Below, one piece after another: positions 13,271 to 26,180 of a stretch of DNA of 64,000 bases. The DNA lies in NCBI GenBank assembly GCA_951406725.2, contig OX597825.1:88040001-88104000 (forward strand), read 5' to 3'. The notes beneath the pieces are model-generated. The model did not search any database, was not told where the DNA came from, and saw only the letters and a list, made by a program, of their open reading frames with translations. This DNA is from Octopus vulgaris. Taxonomy: Eukaryota. The first letter of the stretch is position 1, and every line of letters begins with the position of its first letter. The translations under genes were made by a program, and so were the position numbers.

Positions 13271-15019
13271 ATGTCATAATAACCCTGCACTTTCAAGGAT
13301 CTGAATTATCAGTGGTGCTCTCAGAAATCCTATAAAAAAACTCCTGGAATGTATTCAAGACACACACACACGCACGCACACATATATGTTGTATTTGTTT
13401 GGCATACAAGTAATTAATTTTAATTTTGATGAAGGATATATGGAGAACATTCCATAAAAGTAATAAACGCCTTAAAGACAAAACCGATATTGATCGAGTG
13501 AGTAACCTGATCAATATCGATTTTGGCCAAGAACTGATATGGATAAAACATAAAACTGAACGTTCAGCCGCTAAGAGCTAGTAATAATGAACGCACACAC
13601 AACCACACAGATACATAAACACACACGAACTACACTACTAACATAAAAAAAGCACACACACACACACACACACAACATTATGGCGGCTTTGCAAATCCTA
13701 TGAATAAGATGCGGAAGAAAACGACATCCCCCTATTTCACGCTCACTAACGCCATCATCATAAAGTTTGCAGTGCAAAACATCCATTCCTTATTCCAACC
13801 CAAAATACGCACACACCCACACGCGCGCGCGCTCACACACACACATAGGCAGTTACACACATCAATCACTCGCACACACAGGAAAGGTTACACACACACA
13901 GGCAAACACGCAAAAATTAATTTGGGTATTAACCGATGTCTCCCTGGTAGTGGTATCTTCGTACTTTAACTCGACCGAAGTTAATAACTGCCATCTAGGC
14001 CGAGATCAATGTTCTCTCTGGGGTTTATAACTCCTAATTATTGGTATTTGCAAATTAAATCTGATGTTTGCACACTGGAATTTGTTTTTGGAGAATCGTT
14101 GGGATTTGAATTATTGTGTTTGCTTTTTCGATCGAATATTCAAATCCATTATAATCGTTTAGATAATTCACTGCTATAAATTACCAAACTGAAAGAAGTC
14201 GAACTATTTATAGTAGGGTCTTTTACAGAGAGAATTGTTCCATGCACTGAAAGTAATGGGATCCATTCACTCATCCTGACCACTTCAAAACTGAGAACAG
14301 AAATTTGAAACATGCAAGGAATCTTCTTGGATGCTCTACCGATTTGGCTAGTCCTCACAAATTAATACCTCAATACACATATTAATAGATCTTACACAAA
14401 TTAATATCTCAATAGATTTAGGCCGATGTCCTTTAGTCCTTATAAATTCTTCAATGAAATTACAGTAACTGTTCTAGGTTCTGTAAAATACCCTCGCCCT
14501 TCTAGCCAGGCTGGTTGAATTTCTTTAGAACGTTTTAATGCTCGTAGTTTCATATTTGCTAAAATATAGGTTGCATGCAACTGCTTGTACATTTAGTAAG
14601 TTCGTGACATGTTTAGAAATCAATTATCAGGAATATAGCATATTTTTGTGACACTACATTGACTCCTTTAAATACGTTTCTGCATTCCAATCGTATAATT
14701 GTGACACTACAACTGTTGGTTGTATATTACAGAAGTGAAATCTAGGAGAGGATTTATTTCTATGGTTGTATTCGATATATAAAGATCTGTGCTCAACAGC
14801 CCGAGATATTATAAACGAATTACAAATGCTGGGATGGTGAACACACAGGGAAAATAGCAGCTAAGCGTTCGGAATCATATTTGGCGTATACTAGGATACA
14901 GTATCTTACGAGCAACGTTCTTGTGCGTATCATTTTCGAAGAAGCTACTTCTCTGTCGAGCTTTGCCGTATGTTGCGTAACTCTTCCAAGCGTTTTGATA
15001 AGTACGACACCAGAATAAA

Positions 15020-15085
15020 GGCGGTGCTCCAGCATGTCCGAAGTCGAATGACTGAAAAAAGTAAAAAAATGAAAGGATAAAAGAA
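15020..15085 (+). mobile_element. SINE/LINE-type 3' tail (family A tail) attached to an unrelated body
   Basis: ggcggtgctccagcatgtccgaagtcgaatgactgaaa followed by A-rich repeats. The upstream 200 bp do not resemble the family A body. Confidence 0.6.
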
Positions 15086-15188
15086 TATATATGTAAATAT
15101 ACATATATGTATGTATACACACTACATGTATATACATGTATGTATATATATAAATATATTTATCTATCTATATATGTATATATATATA

Positions 15189-15282
<94 letters not shown>

Positions 15283-15283
<1 letters not shown>

Positions 15284-15593
15284 GAAGTGCAATGGCCCAG
15301 TAGTTAGACGCAGCGAACTCGCGGTTTTAGGATCACGGTTTTGATTCTCAGACCGGACATTGTGGGTGTTTACCGAACGAAAAAACCTAAAGCTCCACGA
15401 GGCTTCGGCAGAGGGTGGTAGCGATCCCTGCTGTACTCTTTCGCCACACCTTTCTCTCACTCTTTATTCTGTTGGTCTGCTCGCTTAGCTAACGGGATGA
15501 CGTCATTTGAAGACTAAAACAATGCGAAGCGCATGGTGACCAGCGATATGCAGCAACCTCTGATAGCACGGTCGGTAACAGCGATCACGGTGA
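15283..15593 (+). mobile_element. tRNA-derived SINE, family C
   Basis: A-box-like tggcccagtagtta and degenerate B-box ggttttgattc, GC-richer body, flanked by (TG)n and (TA)n. Confidence 0.65.
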
Positions 15594-15668
15594 TATATAT
15601 ATATATATATATATACACTTAAGAATTTTTTGCGTAATAAGATAAGGCTGTATAGATATTAGAGCATT

Positions 15669-15703
<35 letters not shown>

Positions 15704-16212
15704 ATTTATACGTACATATGCATACATAGACATATATACATACATATTCACTAGCATTATCTTTTTTATTATTATTCCATTTGTTATTCTGTTTGCGGAA
15801 CTATTCTGATTTGATACTTACTGGCCAGTACGTTTGTATCCATCATACAATGAAATCGATGAAATTTATCAGTTTTGACAAGCAGAGTAGAATCTATAAC
15901 GTAGAAAATTAAACATTTGTCTTTTTTTTTGTGTGTGTCTAGCTTAATTAAATATTAAATATAAATACGACATATTCTAAAATGCCTGAGATGTATCACA
16001 GAATTGTTTTAAGCTATCAGTATTTGCAAATGTTCATGTAGATCTAACCGAAATCTATTTACATATGCGGATTTTACATGCATGTGTACAATTCCAAGCA
16101 ACTGTACATAGGTAAAATAATCTGAAAGGAATGGTTTTCGAAAGAAATATAATGGCAATTACCGAAATTTATATATGAAATAGGCACAAGGAAAATATTA
16201 CAAAACAGAGTT

Positions 16213-16267
<55 letters not shown>

Positions 16268-16273
<6 letters not shown>

Positions 16274-16470
16274 TGATAAATATTAGGGAATAAATCCAAA
16301 CTTACAGGGAAAAATCAGATTTAGGATTGAATCCAATTTATAGTAAAATATTATATTATACAAATTAGACACAAAACCACTATTATGCAAATCAAACAAA
16401 GAAAGACTTAATCCAATACATAAATTAATTTATATAATTTAAAAAGTTAACAATTATTAATTATTAATAT
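16268..16470. repeat. AT-rich interspersed repeat embedded in (TA)n; inverted partial copy at 40609-40722
   Basis: caaaaccactatt.tgcaaatcaaacaa.gaaagacttaatc.aatacataaa is shared in opposite orientation, and both copies are bounded by TA arrays. Confidence 0.75.
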
Positions 16471-16547
16471 ATATATATATATAAGTAAATAAAATGAGTT
16501 GAACGGAGGCGTTATTCAGTGGATAATTCATTCATCCATTTAGACAC

Positions 16548-16583
<36 letters not shown>

Positions 16584-16599
16584 TCATTTATTCTTTACA

Positions 16600-16952
16600 C
16601 ATTTCAATCATTTGACTGCGGCTATGCTGGAGCATCGCCTATAGTCAAGCAAACCGCCCCCAGGACTTATACCTTCTAAGCCTAATTCTATCGTTTTGTT
16701 TTGCCGAACAGCCAAGTTTCGGGAACGTAAATACACCAGCATCGTTTGCCAAGCAATGTTGGGGGCCAAACACACGCACACACACACACGATGGTTTTCT
16801 TTCAGTTTACGTCTACCAAATGCACTCACAAGACTTTGATTGGTCCGGAGCTATAGTAGAAGTCACTTGCCCAAGGTGCCGCACGGTAGGACTGAACCCG
16901 GAACCATGTGGTTGTTAAGCCAGCTACTTAGCACACAACCACTCCTGCGCCT
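16600..16952 (-). mobile_element. tRNA-derived SINE, family A (near full length)
   Basis: Runs from catttgactgcggctatgctggagcatcgcc to ggactgaacccggaaccatgtgg...ccactcctgcgcct. Confidence 0.88.
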
Positions 16953-17074
16953 ATATTACTATAATTACATATCATAAACATCTAGATACAAAGACATTCG
17001 GATTATTGTCCACAAGAATTACGTCTGACCATCGATTTCCACAGGAAACAAAATATACTTTAGCAGTGTTCTCT

Positions 17075-17460
17075 ACAGTGTTATCAAAGAAGCTTGAGAG
17101 GCGGTTGGATGGAACCTACACTCGCCTCCTTATGAGAGCTCAAAATCTCTCGTGGAAGCGCCATCCAACCAAAATGCAAATATATGGGAAACTACCACTT
17201 GTGTCATCTCTTGTGAAAGGTAAGAGAGTCCAGTTTGCTGGACATTGTTGTAGAGCTGAAAAAGAAGTAATTTCTACTCTTCTCCTCTGGAAGCCATCTA
17301 CTCGCAATACCAGAGGGCGCACACTCTCCAACCCTGATGTAATCTCCAGGGATACAGGCATCCAGCAACAGGACCTCCGTAATGCTATGATGGACCGTGA
17401 AGTCTGGCGTAGCATAGTAAATTCCATTGTCTCGACCACGGTCGAACAACAATAATGTTC
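17075..17460 (+). mobile_element. RTE-group LINE 3' fragment
   Basis: LSKKLERRLDGTYTRLLMRAQNLSWKRHPTKMQIYGKLP...RVQFAGHCCRA...LLLWKP...GR...AMMDREVWR is the typical RTE ORF C-terminus. Confidence 0.8.
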
Positions 17461-18394
17461 TCTACTGGAGTTTACAAAATAAATATACACAGAAAAAGAC
17501 TTAGACGTTGAAGCCCCCAAATGTGTGTTGCAAACTGAAAAATGATATCATGAAAATTAAACACCTTTTCAAATAATTTAATCAAGGTTATTAAGATATT
17601 TTCAAACGCGGTGGTTTCAAGATGAAGCTTCACGCGATAGAAAGTCTCCTTTATATATCAATCATCTCTATATTAACCACTTTTAGATTATTATTTAAAC
17701 TACATCACTCTAATGCGCCTATACAAACATTAATCTATATATATGCACATGTACATCCATATTTATGTGTACACTCAAGAAGGCGCACTGCATATGTGTG
17801 TGCAATTGTATATGGTTCTCGATACAATTTTTCCGATCGATTCGATCTAAAATTCATTTTCTGTGTGCATTGATAAATATCATCTTATCGATAATATCAA
17901 TTGATTTCATGCTTTCACTTTTCCAATTTCATCTGATTGCAACCTGCAATACCTGACCAGTATGGCAAATAATTCAATATAACGATAACAATGAAGCGAT
18001 GTTACGCAGCATTTCAAAATTCATCTGTTGTATTGTACACAACTTTGATCATTATTTTTCATTACGTAATATCTGAGCGACATCGTAGTTAAAATTAAAT
18101 TTTATACAGCCTTCACATGATTTTGTCACAATGGTTCCTCTTTAATACGTCAAAGAAATCAACTATCAAAGAAATGTCATTAAATACCAGCAGACATATA
18201 CGCTCAAATGTTTACAGTTCTACTATATTTTGTTAATATTTGTTTCTAACCTACGCATAGAGCTTGTGTTTGGGAAAAGAGACGTTGCTTTTAAAATTAT
18301 CCGTATTATTTGGTGATACATATTGTCTTTCTTGAAACGCTTAACATTATGCGAAATGATCACAAAATACAATTCCTTACAAGCACCATGAATT

Positions 18395-19444
18395 TAAAAA
18401 GAGAGGGCGAGAATTTGAGACTGCAATAATTAAGTTTAAACACAGATGAAAAATTAAACCGGAAGACTGGAAGATTATTCGAAAATTGAATTATTTAAGA
18501 GTTTCTACAGGCTGTACAGTCAGGTAGATTTACAACTCACGACGGAAACACGTGACAAAGCATCACAAGACATAGTTTTTTGTAATCCACCGCTTTTGTT
18601 TTTCTGCTACTCTCACGTGTCACAAACTGCATCAGTTTTCCATAGCAATTTTATTACTAGTGTACGCTTAGCATCTGTGAAGAGGCGAATCTAAGCGTCT
18701 AGGTCATAAAATCATGGTTTCAATTCCGAGACAGGCTGGAACATTATGGACTTGCACAAAAGCTTCGTTTTCCGTTGCTTAAACCTAGTCTAGTGGAATG
18801 CACGATGGCGGAGAGTGTTTCAATCTCTGTTCACAGCTTCACAGGCTTTTGCTTAAGCGTGTTACTGGCTGTGTCACATTCACTTGCGAGTGGCGGCTAA
18901 ACTATTCACCATATGTAGGAAATATATAGCTATGTGTAATGTATGTATCAAATTTGCACGCATTTCTAACACCTCTAATGTAATGGAAGAGTCTACAAAC
19001 AATGTTGTTCTTCAGCAGGTCCCCTTGTTCATGACAATACTGGTCTTCCATTTATTCCTATTCTCATCACCCGTATCCCATCTTTCACGTAGCGTTACTA
19101 TCAGCAACAGGTACTTCTGCCTCATTAATTTTTATTACCTTCTTCTCAGATGAAAAAAAAAATCATTTTAACTGGCATACGGCAAAAATCTATGGACGTT
19201 TATGTGAGTCAATTAATTAAAGGCTAAATGTTTTATATATTTTTAGGTGTATATTTAAACATATTTGCGAGAAAAATTGATTTAAAGGGGCTTAAAATTT
19301 CGTATGCAATTCATAATTTATATTTATTAGATATAAGAGTATGGACTATAAATTAAATATAAAACGCTGCATTTAACCGTTCCTTAATACAATTTACTCA
19401 TAGAAAATAAGGTGATAAATATTGCCTAATAGACAGATAAGTCG

Positions 19445-19486
<42 letters not shown>

Positions 19487-19784
19487 GCAATTTAAAGCTA
19501 GATGTGAAATTAACCAGCAAATTACATCCAATGTATTTCTTTATTATACTTAAAAATATCGATTTCGAAATATATAGTTTTATTATACATAAGAATATCG
19601 ATTGTAAACGTCAATGATTTTACCTCTTCGTCTTGAAAAAGTTAATTATACAAACGGCACAAATAGTGTTTGACAGCTTAAGAAAGATAAGGAAAATACT
19701 TCCAAATAACGAATGATATTTCTCAATATTAGTACTAAAATATGGAAACTATGACGAAAATATACATACATATGCATACATACT

Positions 19785-19820
<36 letters not shown>

Positions 19821-20617
19821 GTTATATGTATCTATACTGTCATAATTTCCTTATTATATATATATATGTGTGTGTATGTGTGTGTGTGTGTGTGTGTGTA
19901 TTATGCATGGACCCAGAGAAGGTTAAGACGGTGAACTTCATATATCAAATTTAGCTGACCAACCATTGCTCACACGTTTCCTGCAGAATGTTATCAGCGA
20001 AACAGTCTTTCCATTTTACATTTCTCACAAAAGACTTGTGCTCTACTAATGTTCGTTTTCGATCAGTCATATTACATTTTTACTATACCACCAAGTTTCT
20101 AGTAACCCTGGTTTCTCATTCATGCCAGAGTATCCCTGTTGCTAATACAGCAGCCCGTAATAACCTCCAAATAATATCTGGGTTTCAAATGACCTAACCT
20201 GTTTGATACCCCCGCTGCATATTCTGGGCTAGTGTACGTAATTCATCACGGAATATAATGTCAAAGGATATAACGTTCTAATGAAGATTACAACTTCGCT
20301 CTTTTTGCTTTTCTTAAAGCTATTTCAGTAGCCAGAGATTATCATTTTTATCATTTATATATTCTGTAACATATCACATTATAATACAATTGTCCTGGTT
20401 TTTCCACTTTAGGATAAATTTGCAGAAATCCTTAACATTTTGCAAAATGACCACAAAACACATTTCTGACCCAAACTAGTGGAAAGCTGGGATAAATCAC
20501 CTTAGAGTTATTAAGAAATTGAAAAGAGACGTCAAGAATTTGAGACAGCAATAATTGAGTTTAAACACAGATGAAAGATTAAACGGTAAAACTAGACGAA
20601 TATTTGAAAATTCAATT
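18395..20617 (+). repeat. Two diverged ~100-bp direct copies (18395-18490 and 20521-20617)
   Basis: aaaagaga...agaatttgagac.gcaataatt.agtttaaacacagatgaaa.attaaac.g.aa.act.ga.ga.tatt.gaaaatt.aatt is present twice. Confidence 0.8.
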
Positions 20618-20921
20618 GCTATGGAATGGAAATTATATCCGGAAAATTTGAAGTTTTTAAAGTAAATTTATTTTGTGCAAAAGATGTGAATACAAAACTT
20701 AATTTCATCAAACATTGACATTTCGTGGTGAAGGTGGAACTTCCTATCGTAGAAACAGAGAAGTTCAAATCAAAGACCAGGCACTCAGGACGAATGGTTT
20801 GATAATTCAGTTGCGGATTTAAGGTTGATAAATCCTTCTGTAAAGTCATGTTACTAGTAAAGCATAACGAGAAATTTACAATAATTTATGAAAGTCCTAA
20901 GTGTTTCACCTGTAATTCAAA

Positions 20922-21120
20922 AGAGAGAGAAAAGCTGTTATTTACCTCTGAATCCGCTACGATTTTGAATCTGGTTGGACTTAGCATTACACGACACACA
21001 CACACACACACACACGCCCATACACGCACCCCGTCCCACATATATATGTCGTATAATGTCAAGTACAATCACTTTCCAAATCGTGGCGGATTCAGGGGTG
21101 AATAACAGCTTTTTCTCTCT
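20922..21120. repeat. ~72-bp imperfect inverted repeat around a CA/TA spacer
   Basis: agagagaaaagctgttatttacctctgaatccgctacgattt...cattacacgac versus the reverse complement of 21048-21120, agagagaaaaagctgttattcacccctgaatccgccacgattt...cattatacgac. Confidence 0.85.
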
Positions 21121-21163
21121 TTATACACACATATACGCATATATACATATATATACACACACA

Positions 21164-21218
<55 letters not shown>

Positions 21219-23112
21219 TTATATACACACACACTCACACACACAGACATATATATATATATATAAAACAAAAATAATAGTTGTTAACAAACATATTATT
21301 ACCATAACAAGTAATTTATCTGAGCGTTGTAAATTCCCGACTATCTCGGGGCAAAAACAGGATGTCCATAGAGGTCCTGTGTTATGGAGATATTTAGACT
21401 CAAGAATCTAAATGAAAATCATTGTGAACAGCGATATACTGTGGAGTCTGGGAGGGACAGGATGTCTGCTTCAGAAACAGAAAATTAATGTCTGTTTTTC
21501 TGATTGAACTAAGGATTTACAATATTTAAGTGCAACAATACAAAAACACTAAACTTTATTCAAGGATTACAGAACCATTATGTCACCATGGATCTTACAG
21601 TATTCCGCTATGGAGACGAATTCAGCACAAGCACGTATTCTTTGATGTTCTAAATAGATTTAAACTCTGGCTATTAAGCATCAATGTGTCGCGATCCAAC
21701 TGTAATAAATGTTTTAGTTTAGTATTCACAAGAAACTATTAAGAAAGCGTTTGAGAAATATCAACAATGTGTTGTGAAACAGCCAAGATATGAGTAAGAA
21801 TCTGATATCACGTGGAATAATAAACTGATATACTAGGGGTCGTGGATATAAAAGATATGAAAGAGGAAAAGACCAACCTAAAACATTCAAAACTGCCGGC
21901 AAATTTTGTTCCTTTTAAAGGAATCACTGTAAATAAATGAAAAAATTCAGCCAGAGAAAGTAGCAGCAATTTCTCTGTGCCTACGTATCAAAGAAACTAA
22001 ATAGCACAACATAGAACACTGCACTGAAGGGTTCGGAACAGAGGGGAGAGAGAGGAGCGGGGTAGAGAAGGAAAAAAAGAGGAAGAAGTGGAGAGAGACG
22101 ACGTAATGGGATTCAGATAGAAATGAGAGAAGATTGAGACTGGAAGTTCACGCGGAAATTTTGTTGAAGTACATTGTAGAAAAAGCGTGAGTATGGGTGA
22201 CGATTCGATCTGCTAGAAATCAGGACCAGATGTTGTTAAATCATGCCAAGAAGTTTCGAAAATCTTTGAAATTTCTTTCGGTATGTTCCTTCATTGTTGA
22301 TCCAGAACAAGACGGCTACAACATCAGTTTACAAAACTCTACTCTTTTCTCTCTAATATGAATATTTAACGGGTTACAGAAGGGGATAATCAAAGGATTC
22401 CAATACCTTGTCCCTTGAATAAATGTATCTTAGAGCCTTCTGTTGCCTAAAAAGTTGAACGTTCATAGTGAGTCCTGAATGGACATCGGTGGAGTCGAAC
22501 ATCCCTATTCTTTGTTCGGAGATTTAATATTGTTCGGCTTAATAAAAACATCTGACCCTTAGATGATTGTAACATGATTCACGCTGTTTGAGGTACATTA
22601 CCCGAAATTAATTTTGTCGCTTTTTTACATACCTCTACACAGCCATCCCCACCCGCTTTCGCTGTTGGTAGAACACAATTTTAAGCAATGCTGTAGAAAC
22701 TAACTGTTACTTTACAACCCTTTAATTTCATGAATCTGACTTTGTTGCAAATATAATATGCTTACGTTTCGTGAGATACACGTCGTTTGAATCAGCGGAG
22801 ACTGACCTCATTATGATCTCATCATGAGCAGAAGAGAAATTTTAGTTCGTTCGCAGAAACTGTGATGAATGTATCCTTGAATAAACAGATGACTGTTCAA
22901 TGCTGGTGTGGGAAAATAAAATTGATTGGATAATCAATTATTTCGAGATGTGCCGGTACTGAGTTGAAAAAGAACCTACAAACGAGTAGACGCACGAATT
23001 ATACATAAAATGTTATCAATATAGATAATGTAAAATTACATCCATGGCGACGAGAATTAATTAAAGGACAAATATGCATTTTACGCACACAAAGACATAC
23101 GTTTTATGTTAT

Positions 23113-23186
<74 letters not shown>

Positions 23187-23249
23187 TGCAGTATTCTTGC
23201 CACCTAATTGTGGCTAACCCTGTAGCTTGTAGCCCCAGAGATTTATTAT

Positions 23250-23312
<63 letters not shown>

Positions 23313-24692
23313 CAGAGAGAGAGAGAGAGGCAGATAGACAAGCCGAGAGTCTGACTGTACTACTGTTGATAGGAAAACGGCCTTGTGCTGAGAGATGAGA
23401 GGCTTAAAGTATAACACAACGAACCGGAACAGAACATATTTTGAATATTCTCGCACTGACTTCTTTGTAATGTGTGGATTCGTTTTGGAGAAAAATAGGT
23501 GGGAATGGCCAGGGTGGAGCTGGAGATAGATAAGTGATGCTGAGTCGTCAGCTTGAGCAGATGCGAGGGGTAAGTGGGAAAGGAGGAGTGTGTGTGTGGA
23601 GAGGGATTGGGAGAGTGTAATGGTAAAAGATGGCGAATGGTTTAACGAGGTATAAGGATTAAGAGGACTTTTGGGATTAATAGGTGATAAGTAGGAATTG
23701 CATAGGGTTGAGGTGTAAGTGGATGGGGGATAGGAGGTGGAAGGCCCGATGAGGATGTTTCGGGAGCAGAAAATCTATGTCAGTGCAGAAAAAAGAACGT
23801 TAAAGAGCAACTTTAAGGATGTAAGCGGGTGAATGATGTAAATGAGGACATATAGTTGATGGTTAAACAATGTAAACAGCGGGTGGAGAGATCAGTATTA
23901 AGCATTAATGTTGGATGGTAACTGAAACGATTCCCTGTAATAAGAGAAAGCTGTATCAAGGGAAATAGTGAATTATGTTGTACTGCTTACATTTGATTAC
24001 GGCCGAGCAATACTGCAATTAGGGAGGTGATATGTGGTAGAATACCTTAATAAGAAAACTGCTTGCGAGAGCCAGTTGCGTGTGTATATACGCAAGTTGT
24101 ATTGACAGGACGGCAGTTTTGCTGATGTTGGTGGGTCTCCTGGTGGACTGCATATAACCGGTGATCTCAACGTTTTGTAATCTCCTTCGTGATGTTCCAG
24201 TTCATGAGAACAACATTCACCACTTCGTTTTATGTGGTCTTGCATCTCCCACTTCTGCAAGCTCCTTGCAGATTAAATAATCATCACTTCATTATACACC
24301 TGTCATCATCAGATGTCAACATCAGCGCAATCTTATTTCTTGCACGCAACATTTAATTGCAATCTTCTGCCCATATTCTCTCCGAATATATTTGTACTTT
24401 GTCTTTCTAGTTAACATACATTATCCGTCCAAAAGAGCATGGTAGCTCCAATTCTTCCCACTTCCTCAAGACTTCTGCATTCAAATTATCCACGTTACTT
24501 GCCTTGACAAAGATACGTACTTATATTCTCCCCTGAAAGCCGTTTCATACTGTCCATTCCGCTTTCTTCGTTCTGAGTCCGTCGGTCTGAGGAGAGGATG
24601 TATACATGTTCACTGCTGAGCCAAACTGTTCCTGAATACTTGTAACTCCATCTGAATGTGTGAAGAGCAACTCGTTCTTTTGTTCTTTTATT

Positions 24693-24771
<79 letters not shown>

Positions 24772-25309
24772 GTCTGTACGTCTAGGGTTGGTTTGTTGTA
24801 TGTGTGAATACTGTTTTGATTTCGATATCATTAATATCAACATAGAAGAAATCGTTAATAGCGACTTATATTGCAAACAAATTTCATGTGTTGAAATGAT
24901 CCATTAACACCTATTATAATTCACAAAGGGAGGAATAATAAGCTGATATTAAATAGTTTTTGTTAAGCTTCTTCTAATTCTCAGATTTATGTATAAACTT
25001 TGGAATTGCGTTCGTATTCACCGTAGAAATGTATTAACACTTTTAACTGTTTGTATGCACATAAACCGTTACAAATAATCTTGTATGGCTTGAGTTTCGT
25101 AGTAGTCACGGAGTCTCTCAGCGTGCGTTATTGCTGAGAGGCCGTTGGCAAACTGGTTGGAATGAGTAGATGTAATGGGATGATGATTCTGCTGCGGTTA
25201 AAGCGGATGCCGTTTTAAAGGTAATGGCATGTGATTTCCTTGTGTTGTTGAGTTGTTGCTCATGATTGTTTTGACATGTGACTATCCTTAGCTGAACTTT
25301 AAGGTTAGA

Positions 25310-25419
25310 GCCGAAATTGCGAGGAGGATCCGGGTCTTTACTGAAAATTAAAGGCTTCGAATGACCCGTCCGTGTTTTTTGTATCGTCTATTTGGATGTT
25401 TTGCGTTCTTGTACCATTT

Positions 25420-25421
<2 letters not shown>
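25310..25421 (+). repeat. Short PLE-tail-like repeat ending at a TA array; inverted homolog at 33860-33996
   Basis: gccgaaattgc.agga.gatccgg...aaaggcttcgaatgacc...tttttgtat.gtctat.tggatgttttg is shared in opposite orientation. Confidence 0.75.

Positions 25422-26180
<759 letters not shown>

Noticed and set aside
24150-24670. Possible RTE remnant on the minus strand
   Set aside because: Only faint echoes (YKYSG, TMLxG); too degraded to support.
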